A DNA stretch of 64,000 nucleotides from Woeseia sp. (GCA_046756445.1 JBHHWI010000001.1:7348-71347), one strand, 5' to 3'. Shown: positions 1 through 12,104, counted from the stretch's first letter. Notes: generated by a model not told the origin, from the letters alone. Program-made: numbers and translations.

Positions 1-147
1 GACGTGCTCGAATACGCGACCGCGTCGCTGATGAAGAAAATACTGCATCAGCCCAGTGTGCGCCTGCGCGAGGCCGGAGAGCAGTCCGACCGCGGCATGG
101 TCGACGCAGCGCGCGAGCTCTTTGGGATTCGGAAAAAAGACAAATGA
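1..147 (+). CDS. hemA: glutamyl-tRNA reductase, C-terminal fragment (gene begins upstream of the window)
   Basis: The frame is open from nt 1 to TGA at 145-147 ([27 protein letters not shown]...). The stop overlaps the prfA start (ATGA). hemA-prfA-prmC is a conserved arrangement. Confidence 0.7.
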   Translation, partial: DVLEYATASLMKKILHQPSVRLREAGEQSDRGMVDAARELFGIRKKDK

Positions 148-1226
148 AGGCGTCGATCAGACACCGGCTCGAATCTGTCCGGGACCGCTTCGAGGAACTA
201 TCGGGATTGTTATCGGATCCCGACATCATCGGTGACCAGAACCGGTTTCGGGACCTGTCACGCGAGTATTCGAAGCTCGAACCCGTTATGGGCATGTTCG
301 CAAGATACGAATCGTTGAGCGAGGACATCGCGGCGGCCGGGGAGATGGCGGACGATGCCGACGAGGAAATCCGCAGCATGGGGCAGGAGGAGCTGGCGGC
401 GCTTCAGGAAAGCCGCGACGAACTCTGGCTTGATCTGCAAAAGGCGCTCATCGCGCCGGATCCGCACGATGATGCCAACATCTATCTCGAGATACGGGCC
501 GGCACGGGAGGCGACGAGGCGGCGATATTTGCGGGCGACCTGTTTCGGATGTACTCGAAGTATGCCGAGGCAATGCGCTGGACCGTCGAAATCGTCAGTT
601 CCAAGGAAGGCGAGCACGGCGGTTACAAGGAGATTATCAGCCGCGTTACCGGAAAGGGGATTTACGCCCGCCTGAAATTCGAGTCCGGGGCACACCGCGT
701 GCAGCGGGTCCCGGCGACCGAGTCGCAGGGGCGCATTCATACGTCTGCCTGTACGGTGGCGGTGCTGCCGGAGGCAGACGAGGTCGAAGAGATCGAAATC
801 AATACGAGCGATCTTCGGGTCGACACCTATCGGGCTTCCGGCGCCGGCGGACAGCACGTCAACAAGACCGATTCCGCGGTTCGCCTGACGCATTTGCCGA
901 CGGGTATCGTCGTCGAGTGCCAGGACGAGCGGTCGCAGCACAAGAATCGCGCGCGCGCGTTGTCTTTGCTGCGCGCGAAACTGCTGGACGCCGAATTGAC
1001 GCAGCGCGCAAATGAGCAAGCAGAGAGCAGGAGGCTGCAGGTCGGCTCCGGTGACCGTTCGGAACGGATCCGCACCTATAATTATCCACAGGGCCGGGTG
1101 ACGGACCACCGCATCAACCTGACCTTGTACAAGCTTGCCGAGGTTCTGGAGGGCGACCTCGACCAGGTCGTCCAACCCCTCGTGAGTGAGTACCAGGCGG
1201 ATCAGCTCGCAGCCATCGGCGCATAA
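144..1226 (+). CDS. prfA: peptide chain release factor 1
   Basis: 360-aa ORF with a GGQ loop ([19 protein letters not shown]) and an RF1-type PAT tripeptide ([11 protein letters not shown]). Confidence 0.97.
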   Translation: MKASIRHRLESVRDRFEELSGLLSDPDIIGDQNRFRDLSREYSKLEPVMGMFARYESLSEDIAAAGEMADDADEEIRSMGQEELAALQESRDELWLDLQKALIAPDPHDDANIYLEIRAGTGGDEAAIFAGDLFRMYSKYAEAMRWTVEIVSSKEGEHGGYKEIISRVTGKGIYARLKFESGAHRVQRVPATESQGRIHTSACTVAVLPEADEVEEIEINTSDLRVDTYRASGAGGQHVNKTDSAVRLTHLPTGIVVECQDERSQHKNRARALSLLRAKLLDAELTQRANEQAESRRLQVGSGDRSERIRTYNYPQGRVTDHRINLTLYKLAEVLEGDLDQVVQPLVSEYQADQLAAIGA

Positions 1227-1228
1227 CG

Positions 1229-2245
1229 GTGAACGACGTTCGGCGACTTATCGAATGCATAGGCAATACGCCACTCATTCGCCTGAACCACCTGTCCGAC
1301 GCGACCGGCTGCGAGATCCTCGGCAAGGCCGAGTTCATGAACCCAGGCGGCTCCGTCAAGGACAGGGCGGCGCTCGGCATGATCCGCGACGCCCAGGAAA
1401 CCGGCAAGCTCAAGCCCGGCGGCGTCATCGTGGAGGGCACTGCCGGCAACACGGGAATTGGGCTCGCCATGCTGGGCAGTGCGCTTGGGCACCGCAGCAT
1501 CATCGTCATGCCCGACAATCAGAGCGACGAGAAAATCGCCACCCTCAGGACGTATGGCGCCGAAGTCAGGCTGGTCCCGGCCGCGCCGTACAAGGACCCG
1601 AACCATTTCGTTCATACCTCGGGAAGGCTCGCGGAGTCGCTCAACGAAACCGAGGAGAACGGCGCCTGGTGGGCTGACCAGTTCGAAAACCTGTCAAACC
1701 GCGAGTTTCACCGGCAGACGACCGGTCGCGAAATCTGGGAACAAACAGCCGGCGAGGTCGACGGCTTCGTCTGTTCGGTCGGCACCGGTGGCACCCTGGG
1801 CGGCGTGGCGCGGGCCCTTCGTTCCCGTAACCCCGATATTCGTATCGCGCTGTCCGATCCCTTCGGGTCCGCCCTGCACAACTACTTCGCCCACGGTCAG
1901 CTCAAGATCGAAGGCAACTCGATCTCGGAAGGCATCGGTAACAGCCGTGTGACCGCCAATCTCGCCGATACCGGGATTGATATCAGCTGGCAGATTCCCG
2001 ATCAGGAAGCGATCCCGATCGTCTACGACCTGATCCGGGACGAAGGCCTGGTCCTGGGCGGTTCGAGCGGCATCAATGTCGCCGGTGCATTGCGCCTCGC
2101 AAGAGAACTCGGCCGCGGACACACCATTGTCACCGTTCTCTGCGACTCCGGCGTCCGCTATCAGGCACGACTCTTTAATAAGGAGTTCCTGGCAAGCAAG
2201 AACTTGAGCCTGCCCGAGTGGCTGGATCCTGGTGCCGGGCACTGA
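1229..2245 (+). CDS. PLP-dependent cysteine synthase family protein (CysK/CysM-like)
   Basis: 338 aa with a GTG start 2 nt after the prfA stop. Carries the fold-type II PLP lysine motif MNPGGSVKDRAA and a GTAGNTGIGLA loop. Confidence 0.85.
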   Translation: MNDVRRLIECIGNTPLIRLNHLSDATGCEILGKAEFMNPGGSVKDRAALGMIRDAQETGKLKPGGVIVEGTAGNTGIGLAMLGSALGHRSIIVMPDNQSDEKIATLRTYGAEVRLVPAAPYKDPNHFVHTSGRLAESLNETEENGAWWADQFENLSNREFHRQTTGREIWEQTAGEVDGFVCSVGTGGTLGGVARALRSRNPDIRIALSDPFGSALHNYFAHGQLKIEGNSISEGIGNSRVTANLADTGIDISWQIPDQEAIPIVYDLIRDEGLVLGGSSGINVAGALRLARELGRGHTIVTVLCDSGVRYQARLFNKEFLASKNLSLPEWLDPGAGH

Positions 2246-2273
2246 CTCATTCGACTGATGGATCTCGGTGCCG

Positions 2274-3641
2274 TCATTGCATCTGCCGGCGCAAGTGGTT
2301 CAGGACGTCGGAACGGGTAATCAGGCCGAGAAAATCTTCGCCATCGACCACGGCAGCATAGGGCTGCACGTGCAGCATGGCGACCAGATTGTTGACGCTC
2401 GAATCCATGTCGAGTTGTATGAACGCTGTCTGCATCGCCTCCCTGACCGGTGCATTCATCAGTTCCGGCTTGCCGAACACGAAGCGAATGATTGAATCCT
2501 CGTCCAGGACGCCGACCAGCTTATTGTCCTCCATCACCGGCAGTTGTGAGATACCGGCATTGCGTAATCGATTGTGCGCGGTCGTGAGCAGGTCGGTCGG
2601 CCCGACCGTTATGGTTGCGCGCTCGCCATGTGGTCGTCCAATGAGGTCACGAAGGTCACCGGACTTCGCGCGCTCGCTGAAGCCCTGATCTTCCATCCAG
2701 AAGTCGTTATAGAGCTTTGACAGGTACTTGTTGCCCGTGTCGCAGGCAAAGCTGACGACGCGTTTCGGCTTTGTCTGTTCATGGCAGTACTTGAGCGCCG
2801 CCGAGACCAGTGTCCCGGTCGAGGACCCGGCCAGAAGCCCTTCCTTTTTCAGGAGCTCGCGGGCCATATCGAACGATTCCTGATCGGTTATGCTGTATGC
2901 CTTGCAGACCCGGTCGAAATCAGCGATCGACGGAATATAGTCCTCGCCAATGCCCTCGACCAGCCAGCCCCCTGTCTTCTCCCCGAGCTCGCCCTTGTTG
3001 ACGTAGTCGGCCAGAATCGACCCAACCGGGTCTGCGAGGATCAGCTCGACCTGCGGCGCCTGCTCGGCAAGGAACTTGCTGATGCCGCTGACCGTACCGC
3101 TGGTACCGACGCCGAGCACGATTGCATCGAGGTCACCCTCCATCTGCTCGAGGATTTCCGGTCCGGTCGTCTGCTCGTGCGCGAGCGGATTATCCGGATT
3201 GCCGAACTGGTTGATGAAATAGGCGCCCGTCTCGTCTGCGATCTTCCGGCCGAGATCCTGGTAGTACTCCGGATGCCCTTTGGAGACATCGGACCGGGTC
3301 AGGATGACCTCGGCGCCCATCGCCCGAAGATTGAATATCTTCTCCTGGCTCATCTTGTCCGGCAAAACGATGACCAGCCGATAGCCTTTCTGTGCCGCAA
3401 CCAGGGCCAGCCCCAAGCCTGTGTTACCGGCCGTGGCTTCGACAATCGTATCACCGGTCTTGATGTCCCCCCTTTTCTCGGCCTCTTCGATCATAGTGAC
3501 CCCGATGCGATCCTTGACGGATCCCGCGGGATTCATGAGCTCCAGCTTGAGAAACAGGCGACAGGGACCGGCGTCTATGTGCGTTACCTCGAGCATCGGG
3601 GTTCGCCCGACCATATCGAGGATATTGGAGAAGACTTTCAT
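2274..3641 (-). CDS. cystathionine beta-synthase-type enzyme (PLP domain plus C-terminal CBS pair)
   Basis: 455 aa. The N-terminal part has MNPAGSVKDRIG and ATAGNTGLGLA. The C-terminal ~120 aa look like a tandem CBS-domain pair (ISQLPVMEDNKLVGVLDE...AAVVDGEDFLGLITRSDVL). Confidence 0.85.
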   Translation of the reverse strand: MKVFSNILDMVGRTPMLEVTHIDAGPCRLFLKLELMNPAGSVKDRIGVTMIEEAEKRGDIKTGDTIVEATAGNTGLGLALVAAQKGYRLVIVLPDKMSQEKIFNLRAMGAEVILTRSDVSKGHPEYYQDLGRKIADETGAYFINQFGNPDNPLAHEQTTGPEILEQMEGDLDAIVLGVGTSGTVSGISKFLAEQAPQVELILADPVGSILADYVNKGELGEKTGGWLVEGIGEDYIPSIADFDRVCKAYSITDQESFDMARELLKKEGLLAGSSTGTLVSAALKYCHEQTKPKRVVSFACDTGNKYLSKLYNDFWMEDQGFSERAKSGDLRDLIGRPHGERATITVGPTDLLTTAHNRLRNAGISQLPVMEDNKLVGVLDEDSIIRFVFGKPELMNAPVREAMQTAFIQLDMDSSVNNLVAMLHVQPYAAVVDGEDFLGLITRSDVLNHLRRQMQ

Positions 3642-3689
3642 AGCACGGCTAGGCCTTTATTATTCTGCCAGTCATACTACCTGTACCGC

Positions 3690-4553
3690 ATGCCTGCAAC
3701 CACAATCGAAAACACATTGGCCGATGCAGCGAAGAAGCTTGCCGTGGTCAGCGAGAGTCCCGCACTCGATGCCGAGACATTGCTCGCCTGGGTCCTCGGC
3801 GTGTCGCGAAGCCATTTGTTTGCACACCCGGGGAGCGATCTGGGCAAAGAATCCGCGCGCCGGTTTTCGAACGCCCTCGCGCGCCGTCACGATGGTGAGC
3901 CGGTCGCCTATATCACTGGCGCGAGAGAGTTCTGGTCCCTGCGGCTGAGGGTCACCCCCGACACGCTCGTGCCGCGGCCCGAGACCGAGACGCTCGTCGA
4001 GCAGGCACTGAGTTTGATTCCCCGGGGCCGCGCTTGCCGGGTACTGGATCTCGGTACAGGCAGCGGCGCCATCGCGATTGCGCTCGCCAGCGAGCGCCCG
4101 GAAAGCGAGATTGTCGCGACCGACTCGAGCGGAGAGGCACTGAATGTGGCAAGACAAAACGCGGCGCAACACACGTTGGTCAATATTCATTTCCTGGAGG
4201 GTGACTGGATAGAACCCGTCGCCGATGAGGTATTCGAGTTCATCGTATCGAACCCGCCCTATGTGAAAGACGATGATCCGGCGCTCGATGAGCTCCGCTA
4301 CGAGCCCGGCCACGCGCTCCGCGCCGGCCCCGATGGCCTGGATGCGATACGGAATATCGCCGAAGCCGCCCCGAGAGTCATCAGCGACAATGGCACGCTG
4401 ATCCTCGAGCACGGCGCTGATCAGCGGGACGCGGTCGCCGGCATATTGCAAAACAACGGCTGGTCAGATATCGAGTGTTTCAGGGACTTGTCGGGACACC
4501 CTCGCGTTACAACAGCTAGAATCAAGCTATCTACAAGAGAGGCTATCCCATGA
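3690..4553 (+). CDS. prmC: release factor glutamine N5-methyltransferase
   Basis: Uses the in-frame ATG at 3690 inside the long 2781..4553 ORF. Has SAM motif VLDLGTGSGAIAIAL and an NPPY motif (IVSNPPYV). The upstream part of the ORF is antisense to the CBS gene. Confidence 0.9.
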   Translation: MPATTIENTLADAAKKLAVVSESPALDAETLLAWVLGVSRSHLFAHPGSDLGKESARRFSNALARRHDGEPVAYITGAREFWSLRLRVTPDTLVPRPETETLVEQALSLIPRGRACRVLDLGTGSGAIAIALASERPESEIVATDSSGEALNVARQNAAQHTLVNIHFLEGDWIEPVADEVFEFIVSNPPYVKDDDPALDELRYEPGHALRAGPDGLDAIRNIAEAAPRVISDNGTLILEHGADQRDAVAGILQNNGWSDIECFRDLSGHPRVTTARIKLSTREAIP

Positions 4554-5035
4554 TCCGGATCGTGACCAGCCACGGCGACATCATCGTCGAGCTTTTTGAA
4601 GATTCCGCACCGATCTCGACAGAAAATTTCGTGCGATACATCAATGACGGATTCTATGCCGAGACAGTCTTTCATCGCGTCATACCGAGCTTCATGATTC
4701 AGGGCGGCGGCATGACGGCGGACATGCAACGCAAGCAGACACATGCCCCGATCAAGAACGAGGCGGAAAACGGTGAGAAGAACGTTCGCGGTACGCTCGC
4801 GATGGCGCGAACGAGTGAGATAAACAGCGCCACGAGCCAGTTCTTCATCAATCTGCGCGATAATCACTTTCTCGATCATGGCGACGGTAATTTCGGTTAC
4901 GCCGTATTCGGTCGCGTCAGCGACGGCATGGATGTCGTCGATGCGATCGCCGGCGTAGATACCGGAACCGTGGCCGGACACCAGGACGTGCCCCTCAAAC
5001 CCGTGAAGATCATTGAAGTTCGTCGGGAAGACTGA
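4550..5035 (+). CDS. ppiB: cyclophilin-type peptidyl-prolyl cis-trans isomerase (cytoplasmic type)
   Basis: 161 aa with FHRVIPSFMIQGGG...SATSQFFINL and no signal peptide. ATGA overlap with prmC. Confidence 0.9.
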   Translation: MIRIVTSHGDIIVELFEDSAPISTENFVRYINDGFYAETVFHRVIPSFMIQGGGMTADMQRKQTHAPIKNEAENGEKNVRGTLAMARTSEINSATSQFFINLRDNHFLDHGDGNFGYAVFGRVSDGMDVVDAIAGVDTGTVAGHQDVPLKPVKIIEVRRED

Positions 5036-5788
5036 TTGAGTACCAACCGACAAGCCGGCCGTGAGGCGCGTCATTTCGCCCTGCCGCAAATCGGCGAGCA
5101 GGGCCAGAAGCGTATCGCGTCATCGACAGCATTGCTGATCGGACTCGGCGGCATCGGCTGTGCGGCGGCCAGTTACCTGGCAAGCAGCGGCGTCGGTCAT
5201 CTGATTCTCTGCGACTTCGACACTGTCGACGCCACCAACCTGGGCCGGCAGATACTTTACGGCCCGGCGGACATCGGCAAACTCAAAGCCAACCAGGCCG
5301 CGGCGCGTCTTGCCGCGATGAACCCGGACATCCGCCTCACCGAGATCACCGACCGGTTAAGTGATCACGCGCTTATCGAAGCCCTGCAGATGTCCGATGT
5401 CGTTCTCGACGGCTGCGACAATTTCGCAACCCGCTTCCAGGTCAGCGACGAATGCGTCAACAGCGACCGATGTCTGATCTCCGGCGCGGCTATTCGTTTC
5501 GAGGGCCAGATCGCCGTATTCGGACCCGACTACGGGAAATCGCCCTGCTACCGCTGCCTTTATCAGGAGGCGGACGAATCGCTCGACAACTGCGCTGGCA
5601 ACGGTGTGCTCGCACCGGTACCCGCCGTGATCGGCGCGATGATGGCAGTCGAAGCATTGAAATTTCTCGCGGCAGTTGCGGGAACCGAGGCCGGTCAACT
5701 CAACCTGTACGATGCTCTGACAGGACAGTGGCGGCGAGTCGCCGTCAGAAAACGAAAAAGTTGCCCCGGCTGCAACATAGCTGACTGA
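5036..5788 (+). CDS. moeB: ThiF/MoeB-family adenylyltransferase (molybdopterin-synthase adenylyltransferase-like)
   Basis: 250 aa with Rossmann motif LLIGLGGIGCAAASYLASSGVG and zinc CxxC pairs (CYRC, CPGC). TTG start directly after the ppiB stop. The prmC-moeB linkage matches Pseudomonas. Confidence 0.85.
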   Translation: MSTNRQAGREARHFALPQIGEQGQKRIASSTALLIGLGGIGCAAASYLASSGVGHLILCDFDTVDATNLGRQILYGPADIGKLKANQAAARLAAMNPDIRLTEITDRLSDHALIEALQMSDVVLDGCDNFATRFQVSDECVNSDRCLISGAAIRFEGQIAVFGPDYGKSPCYRCLYQEADESLDNCAGNGVLAPVPAVIGAMMAVEALKFLAAVAGTEAGQLNLYDALTGQWRRVAVRKRKSCPGCNIAD

Positions 5789-5955
5789 TATCAGTGCATC
5801 AGTCGGATTGAGCTGAATCATGGTCTTGCTGACGATTGATTCGTTGCGTACACATACGCACATAGCCCGGGCCGCGGCTACACAGTCCGGGACCAGTAGC
5901 TGGCCGCTTGCTCATCAACCCCCTGACGGCGCAATTGGCACAGAGAGAATCGAAT

Positions 5956-6444
5956 ATGAACAACAATACAGATTATCCGCATCTATTGAGAAGCGATGAC
6001 ATCAAGGCCGGTGAAGACACTTTTTCGCATCCGTGGAATCCGAACTCCGAGATCACGGGAACTCGCATGAGCGAGAAGGCAGGCCTGGGCCGCACAGGCG
6101 TCAGCCTGGTTCGCATCGCTCCGGGTAAGGAGTCATTTGTCTACCACCTGCACCACCGCGAAGAAGAATGGGTATATGTTCTTTCGGGTCGCGGCCTAGC
6201 AAGAATTGACGGCGCCGACTACGATATGGGCCCCGGTGACTTCGTTGCATTTCCGACGCCGTCAGTCGCACACCACATGACAAATCCGTTTCAGGATGAC
6301 CTGGTCTATTTGATGGGCGGGGAATGCTTGCAGCATGAAATCGCGGACTTTCCCGATCTCGACAAGCGAATGATCCGCCTTGGCGAGAATTACGCAGTTT
6401 ATACCTTGTCGGATGGCAGGCCTTTATTCGAATCCGATTCGTAG
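5956..6444 (+). CDS. cupin domain protein
   Basis: Cupin beta-barrel motifs (FVYHLHHREEEWVYVLSGRG...GDFVAFP). The ATG at 5956 is preceded by GAGAGA. The longer ORF starts at TTG 5908. Confidence 0.7.
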   Translation: MNNNTDYPHLLRSDDIKAGEDTFSHPWNPNSEITGTRMSEKAGLGRTGVSLVRIAPGKESFVYHLHHREEEWVYVLSGRGLARIDGADYDMGPGDFVAFPTPSVAHHMTNPFQDDLVYLMGGECLQHEIADFPDLDKRMIRLGENYAVYTLSDGRPLFESDS

Positions 6445-6568
6445 GCGAGCTTTCGGGACGAAACTACAATAACTGCGACGTTCTTGTCATTACGTATTCG
6501 GCTGCGATCATCACATGCATGCAGTAGCTTAGTCCTGGGCTCGGCCCCGTAGTCGGTGCCCGGCCCTT

Positions 6569-9500
6569 TCAGGCCGCGTCCGCTTTTGCCGGATCATAGC
6601 CGAGGTTGGGTGCGAGCCAGCGCTCGGCTTCGGCGATAGTCATGCCCTTTCGTTGCGCGAACGATTCGACCTGGTCGCGTGCGATCTTGCCGACCGAGAA
6701 GTATTTCGCGTCAGGATGTGAGTAATAGAACCCGCTGACCGCCGCCGTCGGGAACATCGCATAGCTGTCGGTCAGTTGCACACCGATGTTGTCATCCACA
6801 TCGAGCAGTTTCCAGAGCCTGCTTTTCTCGGTGTGGTCCGGGCATGCGGGGTAACCGGGCGCGGGCCGGATGCCACGGTACTCTTCGGCAATGAGCTGGT
6901 TGTTCGTCAGACTTTCTTCTTTGGCGTAACCCCAGTGTTCCCTGCGGACCGTTTCGTGCAGGTACTCGGCCAGGGCTTCGGCCAAACGGTCGGCCAGCGC
7001 TTTCAACAGGATGCTGCTGTAGTCGTCCTTGTCCGCCTTGAACCGCTCCAGGTGTGCGTCGATGCCGATGCCTGCCGTAACCGCGAAACCGCCGATGAAA
7101 TCCGCCACGCCACATTCGACGGGTGCAACGTAATCCGCCAGACAATTCTGCGCCTGGCCATCGGGTTTGCCGCGCTGCTGTCGGAGATGGCACAGGCGCA
7201 TGATCTCTTTTTGCCGGGCGTCGTCGCTGAACACCAGGATATCGTCGTGATCGGCGGTGTTCGCCGGATAAAAGCCGACGATCGCCCGGGCCTGCAACCA
7301 CTGCTCCTTGATGATCCTGTCGAGCATGACGGACGCATCGCCGAACAGGGCGCGGGCGGCCTCGCCGACGGTCGCATCGCTCAGGATCTGCGGAAATCTG
7401 CCGCGGAATTCCCAGGCGTTGAAGAACGGCATCCAGTCGATGTAGCCGCGAAGTGTCGCGAGATCGATGCCGTCGAAGACCCTGGTGCCGGTAAATGCCG
7501 GCTTCGGCGGCAGGTAGTGGTCCCAGTCGATGCGATGCTTTCTGTCCCGAGCCTGCGCCAGTGTCAATTGCGGGACCTGCCGTGTCTTGCCGGCATGGCG
7601 TTCGCGCCGACGTGCGTTGTCCTCCCGCGTCTTTTCTACGATCATCCTGCGGGATTCCGGTTCGATAAGCGCCTGCGCCACGCCGACCGAGCGCGACGCA
7701 TCTTTGACATAGATGACCGGACCTTCGTAATTCGGTTCGATCTTGACGGCCGTGTGTGCGGGAGAGGTCGTCGCGCCGCCGATCAACAAGGGCAATTCGA
7801 AGTCGAGGCGCTGCATCTCCTTGGCGACGAACACCATCTCATCGAGCGACGGCGTAATGAGTCCGGACAGGCCGATCATTTCCGCTCCCTCGCGTTTCGC
7901 CGTCTCGAGTATCTTCTGGCAGGGGACCATTACGCCGAGATCGATGACCTCGAAGTTATTACATTGCAGCACCACGCCGACAATGTTCTTGCCGATGTCG
8001 TGAACGTCCCCTTTCACGGTTGCCATGACGATCCTGCCGTTCGACTCGAGGGCACCGCCCTTCTGGTCTTCAATGAATGGCACGAGATGACCAACCGCCT
8101 TCTTCATCACGCGGGCGGACTTGACGACCTGCGGCAGGAACATCTTGCCGGCGCCGAACAGATCGCCAACGACGTTCATGCCGTCCATCAGTGGTCCTTC
8201 TATGACGTCGAGCGGCCGCGCGGCGGCAAGGCGTGCTTCCTCGGTGTCATCGATGACGAATTCATCGATGCCGTTCACAAGCGCGTGCTCGAGCCGCTTT
8301 TCGACGGCGAATTCCCGCCAGCTCAGGTCCTGTGTATCGTTACTCGGCCCTGATTTCTGTCCCTTGTATACGCCCGCAACCTCGAGAAGTCTCTCGGTGG
8401 CATCGTCTCTGCGATGGAGTACGGCGTCTTCGACGGCGTCTCTCAAGTCTGTCGGAAGGTCCTCGTAAATCGCAAGCTGTCCGGCATTGACGATCCCCAA
8501 ATCCATGCCGGCCCTGATCGCGTGATAAAGGAAGACGGAGTGGATCGCTTCGCGAACGACGTTATTGCCGCGGAACGAGAAAGATACGTTGCTGACCCCA
8601 CCGCTGACCAGTGCGTGCGGTAGCGTCTCCTTGATGCGACGCGTCGCTTCGATGAAATCGATGCCGTAGCAGTCGTGTTCCTCGATGCCTGTCGCAATCG
8701 CAAATATATTCGGATCGAAGATGATGTCGGCCGGATCGAAGCCGACGGTCTCGGTCAGAATCCTGTATGAACGCTGGCAGATCTCGACTTTTCGTTCGAC
8801 ATTGTCCGCCTGGCCCTGCTCGTCGAATGCCATGACGATAACGGCCGCCCCGTAGTCGCGAACCAGCTTCGCGCACTTGATGAATGTCTCTTCCCCTTCT
8901 TTCAGACTGATGGAGTTGACGACGGCCCTGCCCTGCACACAGCGCAGGCCGGCCTCGATGACTGACCACTTCGAGGAGTCGATCATCACCGGAACACGGG
9001 CGACATCGGGCTCTGAGGCGATGAGGTTGAGGAAAGTCACCATCTCCGCCTCCGAGTCCAGCATCCCTTCGTCCATGTTGACGTCGAGGATCTGGGCGCC
9101 GTTTTCGACCTGCTGCCGCGCAACCTGGACTGCCGCAGTATAGTCCTTCGCTTCGATCAGGCGCCGGAAGATCGCAGAGCCCGTGACATTGCACCGCTCA
9201 CCGACGTTGACGAACAGGTCGTCCGGTCCGATCGTTACCGGTTCGAGGCCGGACAACCGGCAACGGGCAGGTAATCCCGGGATCTTTCGCGACGCTTTGT
9301 CCTGTATCACTTCGGCCAGTGAGCGAATGTGATCCGGTGTCGTCCCGCAGCAGCCGCCGACCATGTTGACAATGCCGGCCTCCGCGAACTCGCCGACGAT
9401 CTGCGCCATGTCCTCGGGCGTCTCATCGTATTCGCCGAACTCGTTCGGCAATCCCGCATTCGGATGCGCGCTGACGCCCGTATCTGCAACGCGTGACAAC

Positions 9501-10282
9501 TCCGCAATGTAGGACCGCAGATCCGCCGCACCGAGGGCACAGTTCAGGCCGACCATGAACGGCTCGGCATGCCGGACCGAATGCCAGAATGCCTCGGTCG
9601 TCTGCCCGGACAGCGTGCGGCCGGATGCATCGGTGATCGTGCCCGAGATCATGACGGGCAGCTTCCGGCCGGCCGACTCGAAACTGCGGTGTATCGCAAA
9701 GATCGCCGCCTTGGCGTTCAGCGTATCGAATATGGTCTCCACCATCAGAAAGTCGACGCCCCCCTGGATCAGCGCCGTTGCTGCCTCGTGATACGTGCTG
9801 ACGAGTTCTTCGAAACCGACGTTTCTGAAACCGGGGTCGTTTACATCCGGCGAGATCGAGGCAGTCCGGTTCGTCGGCCCCAGGACGCCCGCCACGAATC
9901 TCGCTTGGCCGGATTTGGCGGTACAGCTGTCGGCGGATTCTCGTGCGATTCTCGCGGCCGCGAGATTGAGTTCCCCGACCAGCGATTCCATGCCGTAATC
10001 GCCCTGCGACGGCGCATTCGAGTTGAACGTGTTGGTCTCGATGATGTCCGCGCCGGCATCCAGAAACTGGCGATGAATATCGGCGACCACCTGCGGCTGC
10101 GTAATGGACAACAGGTCGTTGTTACCCTTCAGGTCCTGCTCCCAGTCGCGGAAACGATCGCCCCGGAAATCGTCCTCACCTAATCGTACGCTCTGGATCA
10201 TCGTGCCCATGGCACCGTCCAGGAGCAGAATTCGTTCGGATAGTCCGTTGTGCAGTGCGGTGATTCGTCTTGCGCGATCCAT
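6569..10282 (-). CDS. metH: cobalamin-dependent methionine synthase
   Basis: About 1237 aa with Hcy-, pterin-, B12- ([11 protein letters not shown], i.e. DxHxxG) and AdoMet-activation modules. Start set at ATG 10282 ([10 protein letters not shown]...). The ORF's upstream 20 codons would overlap metF. Confidence 0.97.
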   Translation of the reverse strand: MDRARRITALHNGLSERILLLDGAMGTMIQSVRLGEDDFRGDRFRDWEQDLKGNNDLLSITQPQVVADIHRQFLDAGADIIETNTFNSNAPSQGDYGMESLVGELNLAAARIARESADSCTAKSGQARFVAGVLGPTNRTASISPDVNDPGFRNVGFEELVSTYHEAATALIQGGVDFLMVETIFDTLNAKAAIFAIHRSFESAGRKLPVMISGTITDASGRTLSGQTTEAFWHSVRHAEPFMVGLNCALGAADLRSYIAELSRVADTGVSAHPNAGLPNEFGEYDETPEDMAQIVGEFAEAGIVNMVGGCCGTTPDHIRSLAEVIQDKASRKIPGLPARCRLSGLEPVTIGPDDLFVNVGERCNVTGSAIFRRLIEAKDYTAAVQVARQQVENGAQILDVNMDEGMLDSEAEMVTFLNLIASEPDVARVPVMIDSSKWSVIEAGLRCVQGRAVVNSISLKEGEETFIKCAKLVRDYGAAVIVMAFDEQGQADNVERKVEICQRSYRILTETVGFDPADIIFDPNIFAIATGIEEHDCYGIDFIEATRRIKETLPHALVSGGVSNVSFSFRGNNVVREAIHSVFLYHAIRAGMDLGIVNAGQLAIYEDLPTDLRDAVEDAVLHRRDDATERLLEVAGVYKGQKSGPSNDTQDLSWREFAVEKRLEHALVNGIDEFVIDDTEEARLAAARPLDVIEGPLMDGMNVVGDLFGAGKMFLPQVVKSARVMKKAVGHLVPFIEDQKGGALESNGRIVMATVKGDVHDIGKNIVGVVLQCNNFEVIDLGVMVPCQKILETAKREGAEMIGLSGLITPSLDEMVFVAKEMQRLDFELPLLIGGATTSPAHTAVKIEPNYEGPVIYVKDASRSVGVAQALIEPESRRMIVEKTREDNARRRERHAGKTRQVPQLTLAQARDRKHRIDWDHYLPPKPAFTGTRVFDGIDLATLRGYIDWMPFFNAWEFRGRFPQILSDATVGEAARALFGDASVMLDRIIKEQWLQARAIVGFYPANTADHDDILVFSDDARQKEIMRLCHLRQQRGKPDGQAQNCLADYVAPVECGVADFIGGFAVTAGIGIDAHLERFKADKDDYSSILLKALADRLAEALAEYLHETVRREHWGYAKEESLTNNQLIAEEYRGIRPAPGYPACPDHTEKSRLWKLLDVDDNIGVQLTDSYAMFPTAAVSGFYYSHPDAKYFSVGKIARDQVESFAQRKGMTIAEAERWLAPNLGYDPAKADAA

Positions 10283-10292
10283 CGTCAACTCC

Positions 10293-11183
<891 letters not shown>

Positions 11184-12080
11184 TCAGGCAGCTTCAATTT
11201 GACGATCCGAAACCGTGGCGACCGACAGGAGCCAGAGCGGATCCTTCTTTGGCGCCAGGCGTGCCGGCGCGAGCCTGAGCCCCGCGCCCGCGCTCCATTC
11301 GGCCAGTCGTTGCTGGATTTCGGCCGGCGGACGCCGGCCGGTCGAGAGCAGGATGAACAACCGTCCACCGCGGCGAAGAACCCGTCGCGCCTCGGTCAGC
11401 ACCCGAACCGGTTGCCTTGCGGCCGCGAGCACGTCGTCGAGAATGATCGTGTCGAACTCCCCTTCGCCGAAGGGCAGCCGGTACATGTCGCCACTGCGCA
11501 GGCTGCAGTTGGGCAGACCGGCCAGCATCAGTTCTGCGCGCGTCCGCCGGGTCGCGTCCGAGTCTATGTCGACGCCGACGGCGCGGCGAGCCCGGCTGGC
11601 GAGCAGTTTGAGGATCCGGCCCCTGCCGCAACCGATATCGAGCAGATCGCCCAGTTGTGCCGTCACGGTGAGTTCGACCAGTGCCTTGTGCAGCGCCCGG
11701 TCTCCCGGCCTCTCGACATCGACACCCGCAGCGGCAGCCGCCACCCGGTCGCCGCGCAGTACCTGCAGTCGGGCAATATCGTTATGGAACACGGCGTCGT
11801 CTTCGGGGAGCAGCCGCAGCAGGCGACGCTTCAGCGCGGCGTCGCCACCGCGTGCCGCGACGCGATAAAAGACCCATTGGCCGTCCCGGAAGTGGTTCAG
11901 GATTCCTGCGTCACAAAGCTGCTTCAGATGCTGAGAGATACGCGGCTGATTCAGCCCCACAACCTCGGTGAGCTCGGAAACGCTGCACTCGCCGTGGCGG
12001 CATAATGCAACGAGCCGCATGCGGACAGGGTCCGCAAGCGCCTTGAACTGCGCGGCAAGTTGTTCGGTTCGAGTTGACAT
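11184..12080 (-). CDS. sahR: ArsR-family HTH regulator fused to a SAM-methyltransferase-like sensor domain (SahR-type)
   Basis: 298 aa. The N-terminus has an ArsR winged helix (LADPVRMRLVALC...SVSELTEVVGLNQPRISQHLKQL). The C-terminus has MTase motif I (LLDIGCGRGRILKLLA). It is the first gene of a metF-metH operon, as expected for the SAH-responsive SahR family. Confidence 0.8.
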   Translation of the reverse strand: MSTRTEQLAAQFKALADPVRMRLVALCRHGECSVSELTEVVGLNQPRISQHLKQLCDAGILNHFRDGQWVFYRVAARGGDAALKRRLLRLLPEDDAVFHNDIARLQVLRGDRVAAAAAGVDVERPGDRALHKALVELTVTAQLGDLLDIGCGRGRILKLLASRARRAVGVDIDSDATRRTRAELMLAGLPNCSLRSGDMYRLPFGEGEFDTIILDDVLAAARQPVRVLTEARRVLRRGGRLFILLSTGRRPPAEIQQRLAEWSAGAGLRLAPARLAPKKDPLWLLSVATVSDRQIEAA

Positions 12081-12084
12081 AAAT

Positions 12085-12104
12085 ATATAATGATATCTTT
12101 ATAT
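12085..12104. promoter_or_regulatory. 20-bp AT-rich palindrome (candidate SahR operator) abutting the sahR start codon
   Basis: ATATAATGATATCTTTATAT matches its own reverse complement at 18 of 20 positions and is centred on GATATC. It lies 5-24 nt upstream of the sahR ATG, in otherwise GC-rich DNA. Confidence 0.55.

Noticed and set aside
2781-3689. A 303-codon upstream extension of the prmC ORF (the 590-aa ORF 2781..4553).
   Set aside because: It is entirely antisense to the well-supported CBS-type gene, its sequence is Arg/Pro/Leu-rich with no PrmC homology, and PrmC-like sequence begins at ATG 3690. It is a GC-rich shadow frame.
6776-8353. A 525-aa plus-strand ORF inside metH.
   Set aside because: It is antisense to a full-length, motif-complete methionine synthase. 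Its composition (many R, D, V, G runs) is typical of shadow ORFs in high-GC DNA.
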